Of a stretch of DNA of 64,000 nt, positions 20,384 through 31,400 are shown piece by piece; position 1 is the stretch's first letter, and each line of letters starts with the position of its first letter. Source of the DNA: an uncultured Nitrososphaerota archaeon (GTDB lineage Archaea > Thermoproteota > Nitrososphaeria > Conexivisphaerales > DTJL01); NCBI GenBank assembly GCA_963842885.1, contig CAWJIE010000005.1:320001-384000 (forward strand). Direction: 5' to 3'. The translations under genes and the position numbers were made by a program. The notes beneath the pieces were generated by a model. That model had not been told where the DNA came from. It searched no databases and saw only the letters and a program-made list of their open reading frames with translations.

Positions 20384-21655
20384 CGTAGTGGTGCGTCTTA
20401 GGTTGATGGTTGCCGTTAATAGTGTCCCACTGATGCATTTATGACGTGCAGGCCCTGAAGTCGGTCAGGCAGGGATTCATTCCATCAGGCGAGATTCTAT
20501 TATTGATGGAGGCCTTCAGGAGGATGGCCAACGAGTGTATCTCCATAGGGCTCGCCGACGGCGCGTCGTCCTTGAAGCGCCTCTCGAAACTCTCATATGG
20601 CAAGCTTGCAGGCTATGACGTTCCTTCTTATTACAGGCTCTGCGCGATCTCCAGGGCGGCAGGCATCCTCTCCTCAAGGAAGAAATCCATCATGAGAGGG
20701 TTCCCGACCAGGAGTCCGTACACCGTGAAGCCTGTCCTCACTTCATGCTACGGATTCAAAATCGAGGAAGGGAAACTGAAGGTCCCGCTGGGCGGGCGCA
20801 GATATGCAGAGATACAATTGAACCGTCATACCCTCGAAGTCCTGTCCGACCCAGCCCTGAAAGTGCGCTCCTTCACGCTCAGCGCCTGCACAACGTTGAG
20901 CCTGTGCATCTCGAAAGATGTGACGGAGAAGGAGTGCATCAGAACGGCTGGTGTGGACAGGAATTTGAGGAATTTGACCTATGGCAATCATGAACGCGTT
21001 GTGCAGTATGATTTGAGTGACGCCGTCAAGGTATCCGAGCGAACGAAGAGCATCGTTGCTTCGCTTAAGAGGAACGATGTCAAAATACGGAGGAAGGTAG
21101 CCTCAAAGTATGGCAAGAGAAGGGCTAACCGGATCGGCCAGATGATTCATCGTGCGATCAAGGACATGATGAAGCGTTCTCTCATCGACAAGGAGGCCAT
21201 CGTTCTGGAGGATATCAGAGGGATCAGGTTGATGTATCGGAGGGGAAACGGGCAAGGAGCTGGGTATCGTGGAATGATGAACTCTTGGCCATTCTTCGAA
21301 GCACAGAGACAGATTGAGTATAAGGCCAAGTGGGAAGGGATACCTATCATCCGTTTGACGATCAACGAAACCAGAGCGACATCTTCTCTCTGTCCTCAAT
21401 GCGGGGAGAGTCTCCAAGAGGCTGTAAGAGACGATGTCCAGCACAAAAGGCAACTCTGGTGTGAAAAGTGTCAGAGATGGCCAGACAGGGATGTCGTCCC
21501 CGTCATCAACCAGTCTCTGAAGGGGTGGGTGAGGTTCGCACATTCCAAAGGCGAGGCAGCTGAAGCGATGAGGGGGAACCAGACGATGCCTGTAATCCTC
21601 AGGGTGGATGCCTCGAAGGTCTGTCTTCGGCAACAACCGAAGACGCACCAGAACC
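20384..21655 (+). mobile_element. TIR-bounded TnpB-only element, copy 3 (8 bp TSD CCTATCTA at 20376-20383 and 21656-21663)
   Basis: Left CGTAGTGGTGCGTCTTAGGTTGATG vs reverse complement of right end GGTTCTGGTGCGTCTTCGGTTGTTG, 20/25; exact 8 bp flanking direct repeat. Confidence 0.85.
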
Positions 21656-21672
21656 CCTATCTAGATTCCTGA
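20446..21672 (+). CDS. tnpB: TnpB RNA-guided endonuclease
   Basis: GVDRN, LEDI, CPQC...CEKC, DRDVV; frame reads through the right end into the flank. Confidence 0.92.
   Translation: MQALKSVRQGFIPSGEILLLMEAFRRMANECISIGLADGASSLKRLSKLSYGKLAGYDVPSYYRLCAISRAAGILSSRKKSIMRGFPTRSPYTVKPVLTSCYGFKIEEGKLKVPLGGRRYAEIQLNRHTLEVLSDPALKVRSFTLSACTTLSLCISKDVTEKECIRTAGVDRNLRNLTYGNHERVVQYDLSDAVKVSERTKSIVASLKRNDVKIRRKVASKYGKRRANRIGQMIHRAIKDMMKRSLIDKEAIVLEDIRGIRLMYRRGNGQGAGYRGMMNSWPFFEAQRQIEYKAKWEGIPIIRLTINETRATSSLCPQCGESLQEAVRDDVQHKRQLWCEKCQRWPDRDVVPVINQSLKGWVRFAHSKGEAAEAMRGNQTMPVILRVDASKVCLRQQPKTHQNPYLDS
21518..21655 (+). ncRNA. Putative omega/reRNA scaffold of TnpB copy 3
   Basis: GGTTC (21533-21537) complementary to terminal GAACC; stems CGAGGCA/TGCCTCG and GTCTTCGG/CCGAAGAC. 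Confidence 0.7.
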
Positions 21673-21722
21673 TTACTGAAAGGCATGATTCTAAGAAAAC
21701 ATGAGCTTCCCCACACAGGAGT

Positions 21723-22119
21723 CTAGGGTAGGGAGGTGAACTTGTATCCGTAGTAGATGGTGCCCTTCTTCGAGTCCTCCGTGAGCTTCCTCAGCGTCAG
21801 CCTCACCGGGGACCCGTCCTGCACGCTGGTGATGTCGACGTCCACGATCTGGGCCAGCAGCCTCTGGCCGTTGTCCAGCTCCACGAGGCCCAATTATGTA
21901 AGGTGCGAAACGCTTGAACTCGTCGGAGGGCTCCCTCAGCACCGTATGGGCCACGATCTTGCCCGTGTGGGGCATCTCGCTGTCCGCCACGTCCTGGGAG
22001 CCGCACTTCCTGCAGACCTTGACGGGCGGGAACCACTCCGCTCCGCACTTCTTGCACTTCGAGCCGACCAGGTTGAAGTAGCGGTCCTTGAGCCTCCAGT
22101 ATGAAACAGGGTTCACCAA
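21723..22119 (-). CDS. DUF35 Zn-ribbon/OB-fold scaffold protein (frameshift near 21890)
   Basis: GSKCKKCG...PP...CRKCGS; GTIYYGYKF in shifted frame; next to thiolase and HMGCS. Confidence 0.85.
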
Positions 22120-22121
22120 CT

Positions 22122-23279
22122 TCAGGCCGCCCTCCTAAGGATGTGCACGCTCGTAGTCGTGTCCACGCCTCCCATGTTCTGGGTGAGGCCCAGCTTGGCG
22201 CCCTTGACTTGGTTCCTCTCGGCCTTCTCTGACAGCTGCAGGTATGCCTCGGCCACCTGGTAGACGCCGGTGGCGCCGACGGGGTGCCCTCTGCCCTTCA
22301 GCCCTCCGAACGTGTTCATGGGGAGCGCCCCGGTCAGGTCGAACCTGCCCGAGCTCACGTCATGGGGGGCCTTCCCCGGCTTGCTTATGCCGAGCGACTC
22401 CAGCGTCAGCGCCGCGGTGACGGAGAAGGCGTCATGGGTCTCCATGAAGTCCATCTGCTCCAGCTTCAGCCCAGTCCTGTCGAGGGCCCGCTTGGCGGCG
22501 GTCCTGGTGGCCAGGTAGTCCAGGGGATCAGGCCTTTCGTAGATCGAGAAGATGTTGGCCGCCACTTCGCTGGCGACCAGCTCCACGACCCCCGCGTCAA
22601 GCTCCCTGGCCTTCCTCTCGCTCAGCAGGATGAGCGCAGCCGCGCCGTCGCAGACGGGTGAGCTGTCCATGAGCCTGATGGGGTCGGAGATGAGAGGTGA
22701 CCGCAGGACGTCTTCGACGGTTATGGCCTTCCTGAACATGGCGTGCTTTGAAAGAGCCGCGTTCTTGTGGCCCAGGACGGGGAAGCCCGCCATCTCCTCC
22801 CTGGAGACGTTGTACTTCTTGAGGTAGAGCGAGTGGGTCAGCGCGTTGAGGGAGATGAACGTCGCCCCCGGGAACTGTGTGTATTCGGCGCTGTCCGCCA
22901 TCGCGAGGGCGGCTGTTATGCGGCCCACGTCGATGTCCTTCATCTTCTCCACGCCGCATACCAGGACCACGTCGCTTTCGCCGGCCTTGATGGAAAGGAA
23001 TCCGTTGTGCACGGCGACCCCTCCCGAGCCGCAGGAAGCCTCGACCTTGTATGCGGGCACGCCGATGAGATTGACCTGGCTGGCCAGAAGGGCGCCGAGA
23101 TGCTCCTGGCTCGAGCCGACGCCGCTGAACATGTTGCCGACGATGACCCTTTCGGGCTTCGCGTCTGGCATTGCGTTCATTGCGGACAGGGAGGCCTCCG
23201 CCATCAGGTCCAGTATGGACTTCCTCCAGTGCTCTCCCACCGGGACGAGGCCGGCCGAAGCCACGAATACCTTGCTCAT
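22122..23279 (-). CDS. Acetoacetyl-CoA thiolase (archaeal SCP2-type)
   Basis: EASCGSG, GVEKM, DGAAA, HDAF, GGLKGRGHPVGATG, QNMGG. Confidence 0.9.
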   Translation of the reverse strand: MSKVFVASAGLVPVGEHWRKSILDLMAEASLSAMNAMPDAKPERVIVGNMFSGVGSSQEHLGALLASQVNLIGVPAYKVEASCGSGGVAVHNGFLSIKAGESDVVLVCGVEKMKDIDVGRITAALAMADSAEYTQFPGATFISLNALTHSLYLKKYNVSREEMAGFPVLGHKNAALSKHAMFRKAITVEDVLRSPLISDPIRLMDSSPVCDGAAALILLSERKARELDAGVVELVASEVAANIFSIYERPDPLDYLATRTAAKRALDRTGLKLEQMDFMETHDAFSVTAALTLESLGISKPGKAPHDVSSGRFDLTGALPMNTFGGLKGRGHPVGATGVYQVAEAYLQLSEKAERNQVKGAKLGLTQNMGGVDTTTSVHILRRAA

Positions 23280-24307
23280 TCCTGGAGCTTCCCCCTGAAC
23301 CTCGTGTAGACGGCGTAGTCCACCTTGACGGACCTCTCCACCATGCTCCTCACGGAGACGCCCAGCTTCCTCCTCTCAACTATGCTGTCCGTCACGTCGA
23401 GCGTGAAGGCGTCGCTGCCAGCTCCGCTGCCGAAGCTGCACATCAGGATCCTGTCGCCCGGCTTGGCCACGTCCAGCGTCGCCGCCAGCCCGATAAGGGA
23501 GCTCCCCGCGTAGGTGTTCCCGATCAGTGGGTTGAGGAGGCCGGGCTCCATCTGTTCCATCTTGAAGCCGAGCCTCAGGCCCACTTCGACGGGGAAGCGG
23601 GGGTTGGGCTGGTGGAAGACCGCCCAGTTGTAGTCCGATGGCTTGTGCCCCGTCTCCTCCAGGTGCGCCTTCATGCAGCTTTCCACGTGGTGGAAATAGG
23701 CGGGCTCGCCCGTGAACCTCCCCAGGTGGCTGGGGTACTTCTCGCCCGGCCTACGCCAGAAGTCGCCGGTGTCGCTCACGTACGACGTGCTGGCCTCGAA
23801 CGTCGCCAGCGCGTCCTTGCCCTTCCCTATCACGAAGGCCGCTCCGCCACTGCCGGCGGTGTATTCCAGTTCGTCCCCCGGCCTTCCCTGGGCGGTGTCC
23901 ACCCCGACGGCTAGGCCGGCCGGTATCATCCCCGAAGCGACTAGGGCGATGTTGAACTGCATGGCCTCGGTCCCCGCCTTGCACGCGAACTCCAGGTCGG
24001 CGGCGAGAGCGAAGTGTTGCCTGAGCGCCTGGGCAAGTATGGTGGAGGTCGGCTTCACGACGTACGGCTTGGACTCGGTGCCGACAAGCACAGCTCCCAG
24101 CTTGTCGATGCCTGCCATCCTGACCGCCCTCCGGGCCATCTCGCAGGCCATCGTGAAGGTGTCTTCGTCGTCATGTGCCACGGCCTTCTCCTTGTTGGGA
24201 CCCGCCCCTTCGCCGCGCCAAACGCGGGCCACTTCCGTCGTGGGGAGACGATAGATCGGCACGTAGGCGCCGTAGCCGATAATACCCACAGAGCTAACTG
24301 GCTTCAA
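23276..24307 (-). CDS. Hydroxymethylglutaryl-CoA synthase
   Basis: GTESKPY, EFACKAGT, FHQPN, GNTYAGS, SFGSGAGSD. Confidence 0.93.
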   Translation of the reverse strand: MKPVSSVGIIGYGAYVPIYRLPTTEVARVWRGEGAGPNKEKAVAHDDEDTFTMACEMARRAVRMAGIDKLGAVLVGTESKPYVVKPTSTILAQALRQHFALAADLEFACKAGTEAMQFNIALVASGMIPAGLAVGVDTAQGRPGDELEYTAGSGGAAFVIGKGKDALATFEASTSYVSDTGDFWRRPGEKYPSHLGRFTGEPAYFHHVESCMKAHLEETGHKPSDYNWAVFHQPNPRFPVEVGLRLGFKMEQMEPGLLNPLIGNTYAGSSLIGLAATLDVAKPGDRILMCSFGSGAGSDAFTLDVTDSIVERRKLGVSVRSMVERSVKVDYAVYTRFRGKLQE

Positions 24308-24393
24308 CGAAATTCTTTGAAGGACTCAGGCGTGGGCGTTAAAAACCTTTACATCACTGTGGTAGGGCCGTTCGTTGAAAGACGTAGAAGCTC

Positions 24394-24573
24394 TCAGTAG
24401 GATTTCAGCTGCTTCACGACGGGTGGCCGGCTCTTCTTGAAGACCCTGTACCCGCAGATGCACTTTATCTCGGGCAGCGACGCCAGGTCCTCGCTGCTGA
24501 CCTTGGTGCCGCACCTGATACATTCGTACATTATGGCGCCGGACTTCGTTTCGGCGACTGGTTCTTCTGTCAT
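24394..24573 (-). CDS. rpoP: DNA-directed RNA polymerase subunit Rpo12 (P)
   Basis: YECIRCG...IKCICGYRVFKKSRPPVVK. Confidence 0.88.
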   Translation of the reverse strand: MTEEPVAETKSGAIMYECIRCGTKVSSEDLASLPEIKCICGYRVFKKSRPPVVKQLKSY

Positions 24574-24605
24574 CTTCTTCCGGACTCTCCCCCGAACAGC
24601 CGCCT

Positions 24606-25716
24606 TTAAGGTTTCTCGTCGGTCTTGATGAGCGTAACCATCTCGTCGATGTCGCTCTCGGTGACGAAGGGATGGACGGGGATGGAGAGGACATGGGCCG
24701 CAGCGTCGTCGGTGTTCGGCAGAGGCCCGTTCACCATCTTCGCGTAAAAGGGGGTCCGGTGGACCGGCGGATCGTAGTACACGGTGGCCCCGAAACCCCT
24801 CTCCCGCAGCCTCTTCATGAGCTTGTCGCGGCCGCCCTTGACATATATGGTGTAGAGGTACCAATTGAACCGCTGGCCGGGCATCTCCCTGACAACCCTG
24901 ACGCTTCCCAGCGAGCCGAGACCCTTGGTTAAGGCTTCAGCGTTCCTCCTCCTCGAGGCAATGAAACCTTCGAGGCGCCTGAGCTGCCCTACCCCCAGGG
25001 CGGCCTCAATCTCGGGCATCCTCAGGTTCAGGCCCAGTATGGTCGTGTCGTATCCCTTGACCATCCCATGATTCCTGATCATCCTGAGCTTCGTCGCCTT
25101 CTCGGCGTCGTTGGTGGCGATGGCTCCCCCTTCGCCGGTGCTGATGACCTTGCTGGGATAGAAGCTGAAGCATCCCATCTCTCCTAAGGTCCCCGAGTAG
25201 ACTCCCCCCTGCATGCTTCCGAGGCTCTGGGCGGCGTCCTCGATCACGGGTATGGAATCGCGGTCTAGGAACTCCCTCAGAGCGGCGATGTCGGCGATGC
25301 CACCATAGAGGTTCACGGGGATGACGGCCCGCGTTTTCTTGGAGAGCTTCCTCCTGACGTCGGCGACGTCCATGGTATAATCGGATAGCCTGATGTCTGA
25401 GAATACAGGAACAGCGCCCGAGGAACTTCACGGCGTTAGCCGTCGCGACGAACGTGAAGGACGGGATTATCACCTCGTCGCCGACTCTGACGTCGGCCGC
25501 CATGAGGGCGGCCACCAGGGCTGAGGTGCCGGAGTTCACCATGACGACGTCCTTGCACCGAAGGTACTTGGCGAGGCTGGCTTCGAACTCCCTCACCTTG
25601 TTCCCTCCTTCGTTCGCCGAGCTCGTCAGCGCGCCGGCGATGACAAGCCTGTAGGCCTCCTTCGCCTCCTCCTCGCCGAAGAACGGCTTGTTGATTGGGA
25701 CCCTGATCGTCTCCAC
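24606..25716 (-). CDS. DegT/DnrJ/EryC1/StrS PLP aminotransferase (frameshift near 25410)
   Basis: NSGTSAL, FTFVATANA, EDAAQSLG, SFYPSKVISTGEGG. Confidence 0.88.
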
Positions 25717-25805
25717 GCGTAGCTCCACTGATGCAGGGTTATTTGTGGTTTTTATCGAAGCCAAGCCATCGGCTCGTCCGATGTTCCTCTCCATGACTGG
25801 ACTGG

Positions 25806-26483
25806 TCAGCGAAGCTCGTCTGCGGGGTTGGACCGCAGCTCGTTCAGGACCTGGACCACTTGCCAGGCGGCGGCCTTGCACGCCTCATCGGTCACGCCCA
25901 AGACTCTGCAGCCAAGGATGAGCACCTCCTTGGTTCCTGAGGTGATCTTCGTCCTATCGCAGTCCCTATGGGGGAAAAGGTGGATCACCCCCGCCCCGTC
26001 CTTTAGGACCACCTCCTCTGTCGTCTTCCCCTCCTTTCCCGAAATGTCGACGAAAGGCTCGCCGGCCCTGGACATGGCCAGCCGCAGCGGTCCCTTGACC
26101 TTGGCGTAGTCGTAGAGCCCAATGGGGATGTGCGTCCTGATCGATGCGATGTTGCCCGCGTCCACGACATAGTTGATTGAAGGTATCACGTTCCCCTGGA
26201 GAATCCTCCTTAGAAGTGCTTCGCTGGCGGGCCTCTGCTTGGTCGGGTCTATCCCTATGCGCCAGTAGAAGCTCCTGAACGCGGCTATGATGGGGTCGTC
26301 CTTCAGTTCGTTGAGCGGCACCCGGATTTTCGTCTTCTCATTTTCGATGATGCGGTTGAAGTCGTAGAGGCCGGGGCGCCCCGGCTCGCACAGGATGCCG
26401 TACACGCCTGTGGCGGGGTACTTCCTGATGACTTCGCTCTCGACCTTGACATTGAAGTCGTCCTGGATGATGGATGTCATCAA
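25806..26483 (-). CDS. Stand-alone B3/B4 (PheRS beta editing-like) domain protein
   Basis: GIDPTKQRPASEALLRR, INYVVD, PIGLYD, RDCDRTKIT. Confidence 0.85.
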   Translation of the reverse strand: MMTSIIQDDFNVKVESEVIRKYPATGVYGILCEPGRPGLYDFNRIIENEKTKIRVPLNELKDDPIIAAFRSFYWRIGIDPTKQRPASEALLRRILQGNVIPSINYVVDAGNIASIRTHIPIGLYDYAKVKGPLRLAMSRAGEPFVDISGKEGKTTEEVVLKDGAGVIHLFPHRDCDRTKITSGTKEVLILGCRVLGVTDEACKAAAWQVVQVLNELRSNPADELR

Positions 26484-27546
26484 CTAATCACGCAGGATCT
26501 CTTCAAGCCTGCGCTTGTGCCCTTCGAACTTCTTCCTGAGGTCTGCAACGACCTTGTCGACATAGTCCGCCGTCGAGCGCTTGAGGTCGGCAGGGTGGAG
26601 CTCCCTCCTTACGTAGGCCCCCTCGACCTCCTCATACGAATAGTACGTGACGGGGCCACCGAACTTGGATGGTCTCTCAACGTGGAACTCCCTGAAGTCG
26701 TGAAAAACGATGTACTTGACCAGCTCAAGGACGGGGTTCAGCTCGGCGGAACCTTCGGGGCACCAGGCGCGAGCGAGCTTGTCCTGTATCGTCCGGGCGT
26801 CGTCGTGGATGAAGATGGCCGTCCTCGGCTTCGACTTGCTCATCTTGGCGCTTATCATGGTGTCCACCTTCGCGTCTTCGTCGAGGCCCGTTGCCTGAGG
26901 CTTCTGGAGACCCAGAAGGATATGGTGGTGCAGGGCCACAGGCGGCTTCCAGCCCAGGGCCGGGTAGACCTCCCTTGCCAGCATGTGGACCTTTCGCTGG
27001 TCGATCCCCGCATGGGCGATGTCGGCGTCAAGGTAGTGGATGTCGACGGCCTGCATGGAGGGGTAGAGGTACGATGCGATGTCCAGCGTGTCCTTCATGG
27101 ACCTCCCCATGATGGTGAGGGTCCTGCTGGCCCTGTTCAGGGTCACGTGCTTGCCGAACCTAATGATGTCCTTCCAGTAGTCGTCGTTGTCGTGGTAGAG
27201 GTCGCTTCCTGCGACCACCTCCACGCCCGGGGCGTACGCCTTGAAGGCCTCTCTGTAGTAGTCGGACGCGGCCTTTATCCTGTCCCAGTCTCCTCCGAGC
27301 TTGTTGTTGATGACGCTGTGCCAGTCCGCCAGGAAGACCTTCGTCCGGACGCCGGCGTTTATCAGATCGCGAATCTTATTACCGGACACAATCAAAGTGC
27401 CTAGATGGAGGAAGCCTGAGATTTCAAATCCCACATAGTGGGTGGGATGCATCCTTGCTTTCGAAGAGCTCCCTGAGCTCGCCAGCCGTCACTACCTCTT
27501 CGGTGGGAGGTCGAAGGACAAGGCCGAGCTTCTGTTCCACATCCAT
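26484..27546 (-). CDS. tyrS: Tyrosine--tRNA ligase (frameshift near 27452)
   Basis: YVGFEISGFLHLG, ADWH, YPSMQAVDI, GIDQRKVH, KMSKS, LHPADLK. Confidence 0.93.
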
Positions 27547-27555
27547 CTCGTCGCT

Positions 27556-27919
27556 TCACTTCTGGTCCTTGCCGTAGCTCTGGATTACGATGATCATGAA
27601 GAGGAAGGCCATGGCAACCAACGCGAAGACCAGGGTCAGAGCCGAGCGCCGGGACGTAGCCCAGCGAGGAGTAGGTCCCCCACATTGCAGAGGCCCAGCC
27701 GGAGAATGCGGCGAAAAGCATGAAAGATGCGACCCCAGTGCAAAACCTGAACCTATCGCCTGACGTCCAGAAGAATGAGGCAGCCGAAAGGGCAATCCCG
27801 ATGACGCCTGGGAAGGCGGTGTACAGCCCCACGCCGCCGACGAGAGGGACGGCTATCAGCGCGGCGCTGCCGACTAGGTCGACGATTGAGAGCAATCGCC
27901 TTACGGCAGCTTTCTGCAT
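27556..27919 (-). CDS. Membrane protein, unknown function (frameshifted)
   Basis: Several hydrophobic helices across two frames. Confidence 0.45.
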
Positions 27920-28407
27920 GAGCCAAGCACCGATGAAACGACAATATAAGATTTTATGTCCCGTCCTCAGCCGAAAGCCCCGGGAACATCGCGAAGTGCC
28001 GTGGCCATGCCCGCGATGGAGTCCGCCATTTCGTCGGCGGTCCACCGCTCCGTAGGGACGCCCAGCCTACGGGCGAGGTCGATGAGAGAGCCCGTCTGGC
28101 CTCTCCGGCTCCGGTCTGGGCACCTCGAGAGCAGCAGGCTCTCCTGACTGCTTCTGGAGGTTTCGCACAGCCCTGTCGAATGCGTCTTTCGCCTGGGCGC
28201 TGAGCTGATCGAACTGCTCCTTAGCCTTGGCTATCGACCGCATCGTGCTGGGGAGCTTCTTGGGGTCGCCGCTGAAGCTGCTCGAAATTCATAACCCCTC
28301 TGCCTAGAGCCTTGCTCCGGCGCTCTTCCACTTGTGTGAGCGGCCCAGAGGCCTCTCCAAACGTTAATAGCCATAACGACGGCGTATCCATGCGGAGGTT
28401 TAGACGC

Positions 28408-31400
28408 ATGCCAACGTCTGGCGACATAGCCGCCAGTCTCAAGGAATTGGAGATGGGGAATGACGACATACCCACTTCCATACTCCTGGGCGCCGGCTAC
28501 GACGGAGAGAAACGGTTAGCCTTCCTTGAGTTCTACGAACCCTCCTCCCAGAGGATCTTCCATTACTACGACAAGTCAGGCCATATGCCATATTGCTTCA
28601 CGAAGGAGCCCCTTGAGGAGCTGGCCTTCCTGAAGCAGCGCAAGGATGTCGTAGACGTGCACACGGAGGAGAAGATGGACCTCATCAACGACAAGAGGAT
28701 ACTTGTCTCAAAGATCGTCACTTCCGACCCTCTCGCCATCGGCGGCGCCACCAACGAGCGGAGCATCAGGAACACAATAACGGCGTACGAGGCTGACATC
28801 AAGTACTACGAGAACTACCTCTACGACAACCAGCTTCAGGTCGGCTCCTTTTATTCAGTCAGGGAGGGCAAGGTCATCCCGGAGGTGATGGAGACCGCGG
28901 CAGGCGTCGAAGACGCGCTCCACAAGAGCCTTGAGGGCTCGACTCCGCCCCTCTCAGACTACATCCGCAACTGGGCGCTCCTCCTCACCCAGCCGCAGCC
29001 CGAGATCAAGAGGGCGGCCATCGACATCGAAGTCTACTCACCCGTCGAGAGCCGTATCCCCGACCCCGAGAAGGCCGAGTACCAGATCATCAGCGTCGCG
29101 CTGGCGGGCAGCGACGGCAAGAAGGTGGTCTACGTGTTGGAGCGTCCCGGCCTCGAGCTGGGCCCCGACAGGGTCCCCCCGGACGTCGAGAAGCGGTTCT
29201 TCAAGACGGAGCCCGAGCTCCTTCTCTCCATGTACGAAGACCTCCTGACGTACCCGGTCGTAATCACCTTCAACGGCGACGAGTTCGACCTCCCCTACCT
29301 ATACCAGAGGTCCCTAAACATGAACATCCCCAAGGAGAGCATCCCCATAACCCGGGGGAACCAGATGGCGTCAATCCGCCACGGCATACACATAGACCTC
29401 TACAGGGCGTTCAACAACCGAAGCATCCAGATTTACGCTTTCTCGAACAAGTACTCCGAGCACACCTTGAACGGAGTCGCCTCCGGCCTCTTAGGGAGGG
29501 AGAAGGTCGAGATCGACGTCCCCATCGGTGAGCTCCTGCTGAACGAGCTGGCGTACTACAACTACGTTGACTCCGAGCTCACCCTGGACCTCACTCGCTT
29601 CGACAACGACGTCTTCATGAAGCTCTTCATTACCATCTGCAGGATCTCCAAGATGCCGCTGGAGGACGCTTCGAGGCTCAACGTCTCCAACTGGATTCGT
29701 AGCCTCATGATATTCGAGCACCGCCGCTGGAACGCCCTCGTCCCGCGGAGGGAGGACCTGGAGGGAAAGGGCGGGGCGTCGTCCGAGGCCATCATTAAGG
29801 GGAAGAAGTACAAGGGAGGCTTCGTCGTCGACCCCAAGCCGGGCGTCCACTTCAACGTCGTCGTCCTCGACTTCGCGTCGCTGTATCCGTCGCTCATCAA
29901 GGTCTACAACCTCAGCTATGAAACCGTCCGCTGCGTCCACCCCGAATGCAGGGACAACCTCATCCCGGAGACGGACCACTGGGTCTGCACCAAGCGGAAG
30001 GGGATGACGTCGCTCCTCATCGGCAGCCTCCGCGACGTGAGGGTCGGATACTTCAAGAGCCTGTCTAAGAGGCCCGGCCTGACAAAGGCCGACAAGGAGT
30101 TCTTCAACGTCATCTCTCAAGCGCTCAAAGTCTTCCTTAACGCATGTTTCACGGGAGACACCGACATCGTTACGCCCGATGGCATCAAGAACATCAGAGA
30201 GATGAAGGTCGGGGACCGGGTGGTGAACGTCAACCCCGAGACGATGGAAATCGATATAGACAGGGTCATCGAGGTGCAGGAGTTCCCATACAGGGGTGAG
30301 ATGTACCACTTCAATGACCGGCGTTTCGTTGATCTTATGGTCACCCCGAACCATCGCTTCCTGACCACGAACGGGAAGGGCAAGAAACCCGTCTTCCGCG
30401 CGGCAGAAGAGATCTTCAAGGCCACGGACATTGCGATCCCCAAGATCAAGCCAAGGATTGATACAGAGCCGCCAACACGCCTGTCATTTCTCCAGACCGC
30501 CAAGAACATAGGCGCCATGGCGGCGTTCTACCCTGGAGCAGAGCGCCCCCACTTCTGGTTCGCCAAGCTGCCTGAAGACTTCAAGCTCAAATTGAGGAAG
30601 AACAAGGTCCCCGACGAGAAAGGCAGCAAGCTCGTTGGAGGAGCCCGCCCATTCTTCAGGGTTCCCGCGAGGGAGCTTACCGAGAACGACATCGACCGTG
30701 CCGAGGCCATAGGCGGTTCGGTCTTCTTCTCGCAGCCCAAGTGCTTTAAAGTCCCCGCGCGCCTGGAGACGGAAGACTTCGCTGCATTGTGCGGGTGGTT
30801 CGTCTCCGAGGGCAGCTTGTTCTCAAACACCCCGAAGCTTTACGCCGACGGAGGGCATAGGGGGAGCAGTCAGGGGATAACGGTTTCCCAGAGCTACGGC
30901 AGGGGTAACCCGAACGGCGACTCCTACCGGAACGAAATAGGGAGACTGCTGGATAGGCTCGGGTTGAAGCACGACGCGGATCCAGGCGGGAAGAGGTATT
31001 TCAGAATCGCGAGCAGCGTACTCCACGAATGGATGCTCTCCAACTGCTACATGGCTGGCACTCTTCATCACACATCCATTTCCAAGAGGGTGCCCAGATT
31101 CGTCTTTGAATCCGAGAGGAACATGAAAGCTTTCCTTGATGCTGCCTACATGGGCGACGGCTCCGCGAAGCAGTGCTGCTACACGACCAACAGCAGGCGT
31201 CTGGCCGAAGACATGGTGGTACTCACCAGCCTGCTCGGTGCCAAATCCAAGATAAAGCGCGACGGAAACGTATACCGCGTGGTCTTCAAGAACGTCAGCT
31301 CAAAGCTGACCTACGCGGGAGCTGAGACGCGCAAGTATGTGAGGAAGGTGCCCTTCGATGGCACGGTTTACTGCGTCACGACGGAAAAGAACCACACCGT

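Noticed and set aside
2598-21672. TnpBs as nuclease-dead RNA-guided repressors, since guides 1 and 2 overlap promoter-like AT-rich sequence
   Set aside because: The D-E-D RuvC triad is present in all three and the guides are simply the adjacent flank; I saw no trans match in the window, including the integrated element, although this was by eye only.
27960-28300. Possible small minus-strand gene upstream of polB (and a similar one at 33466-33654)
   Set aside because: Broken across frames with no recognisable motif; cannot be supported.
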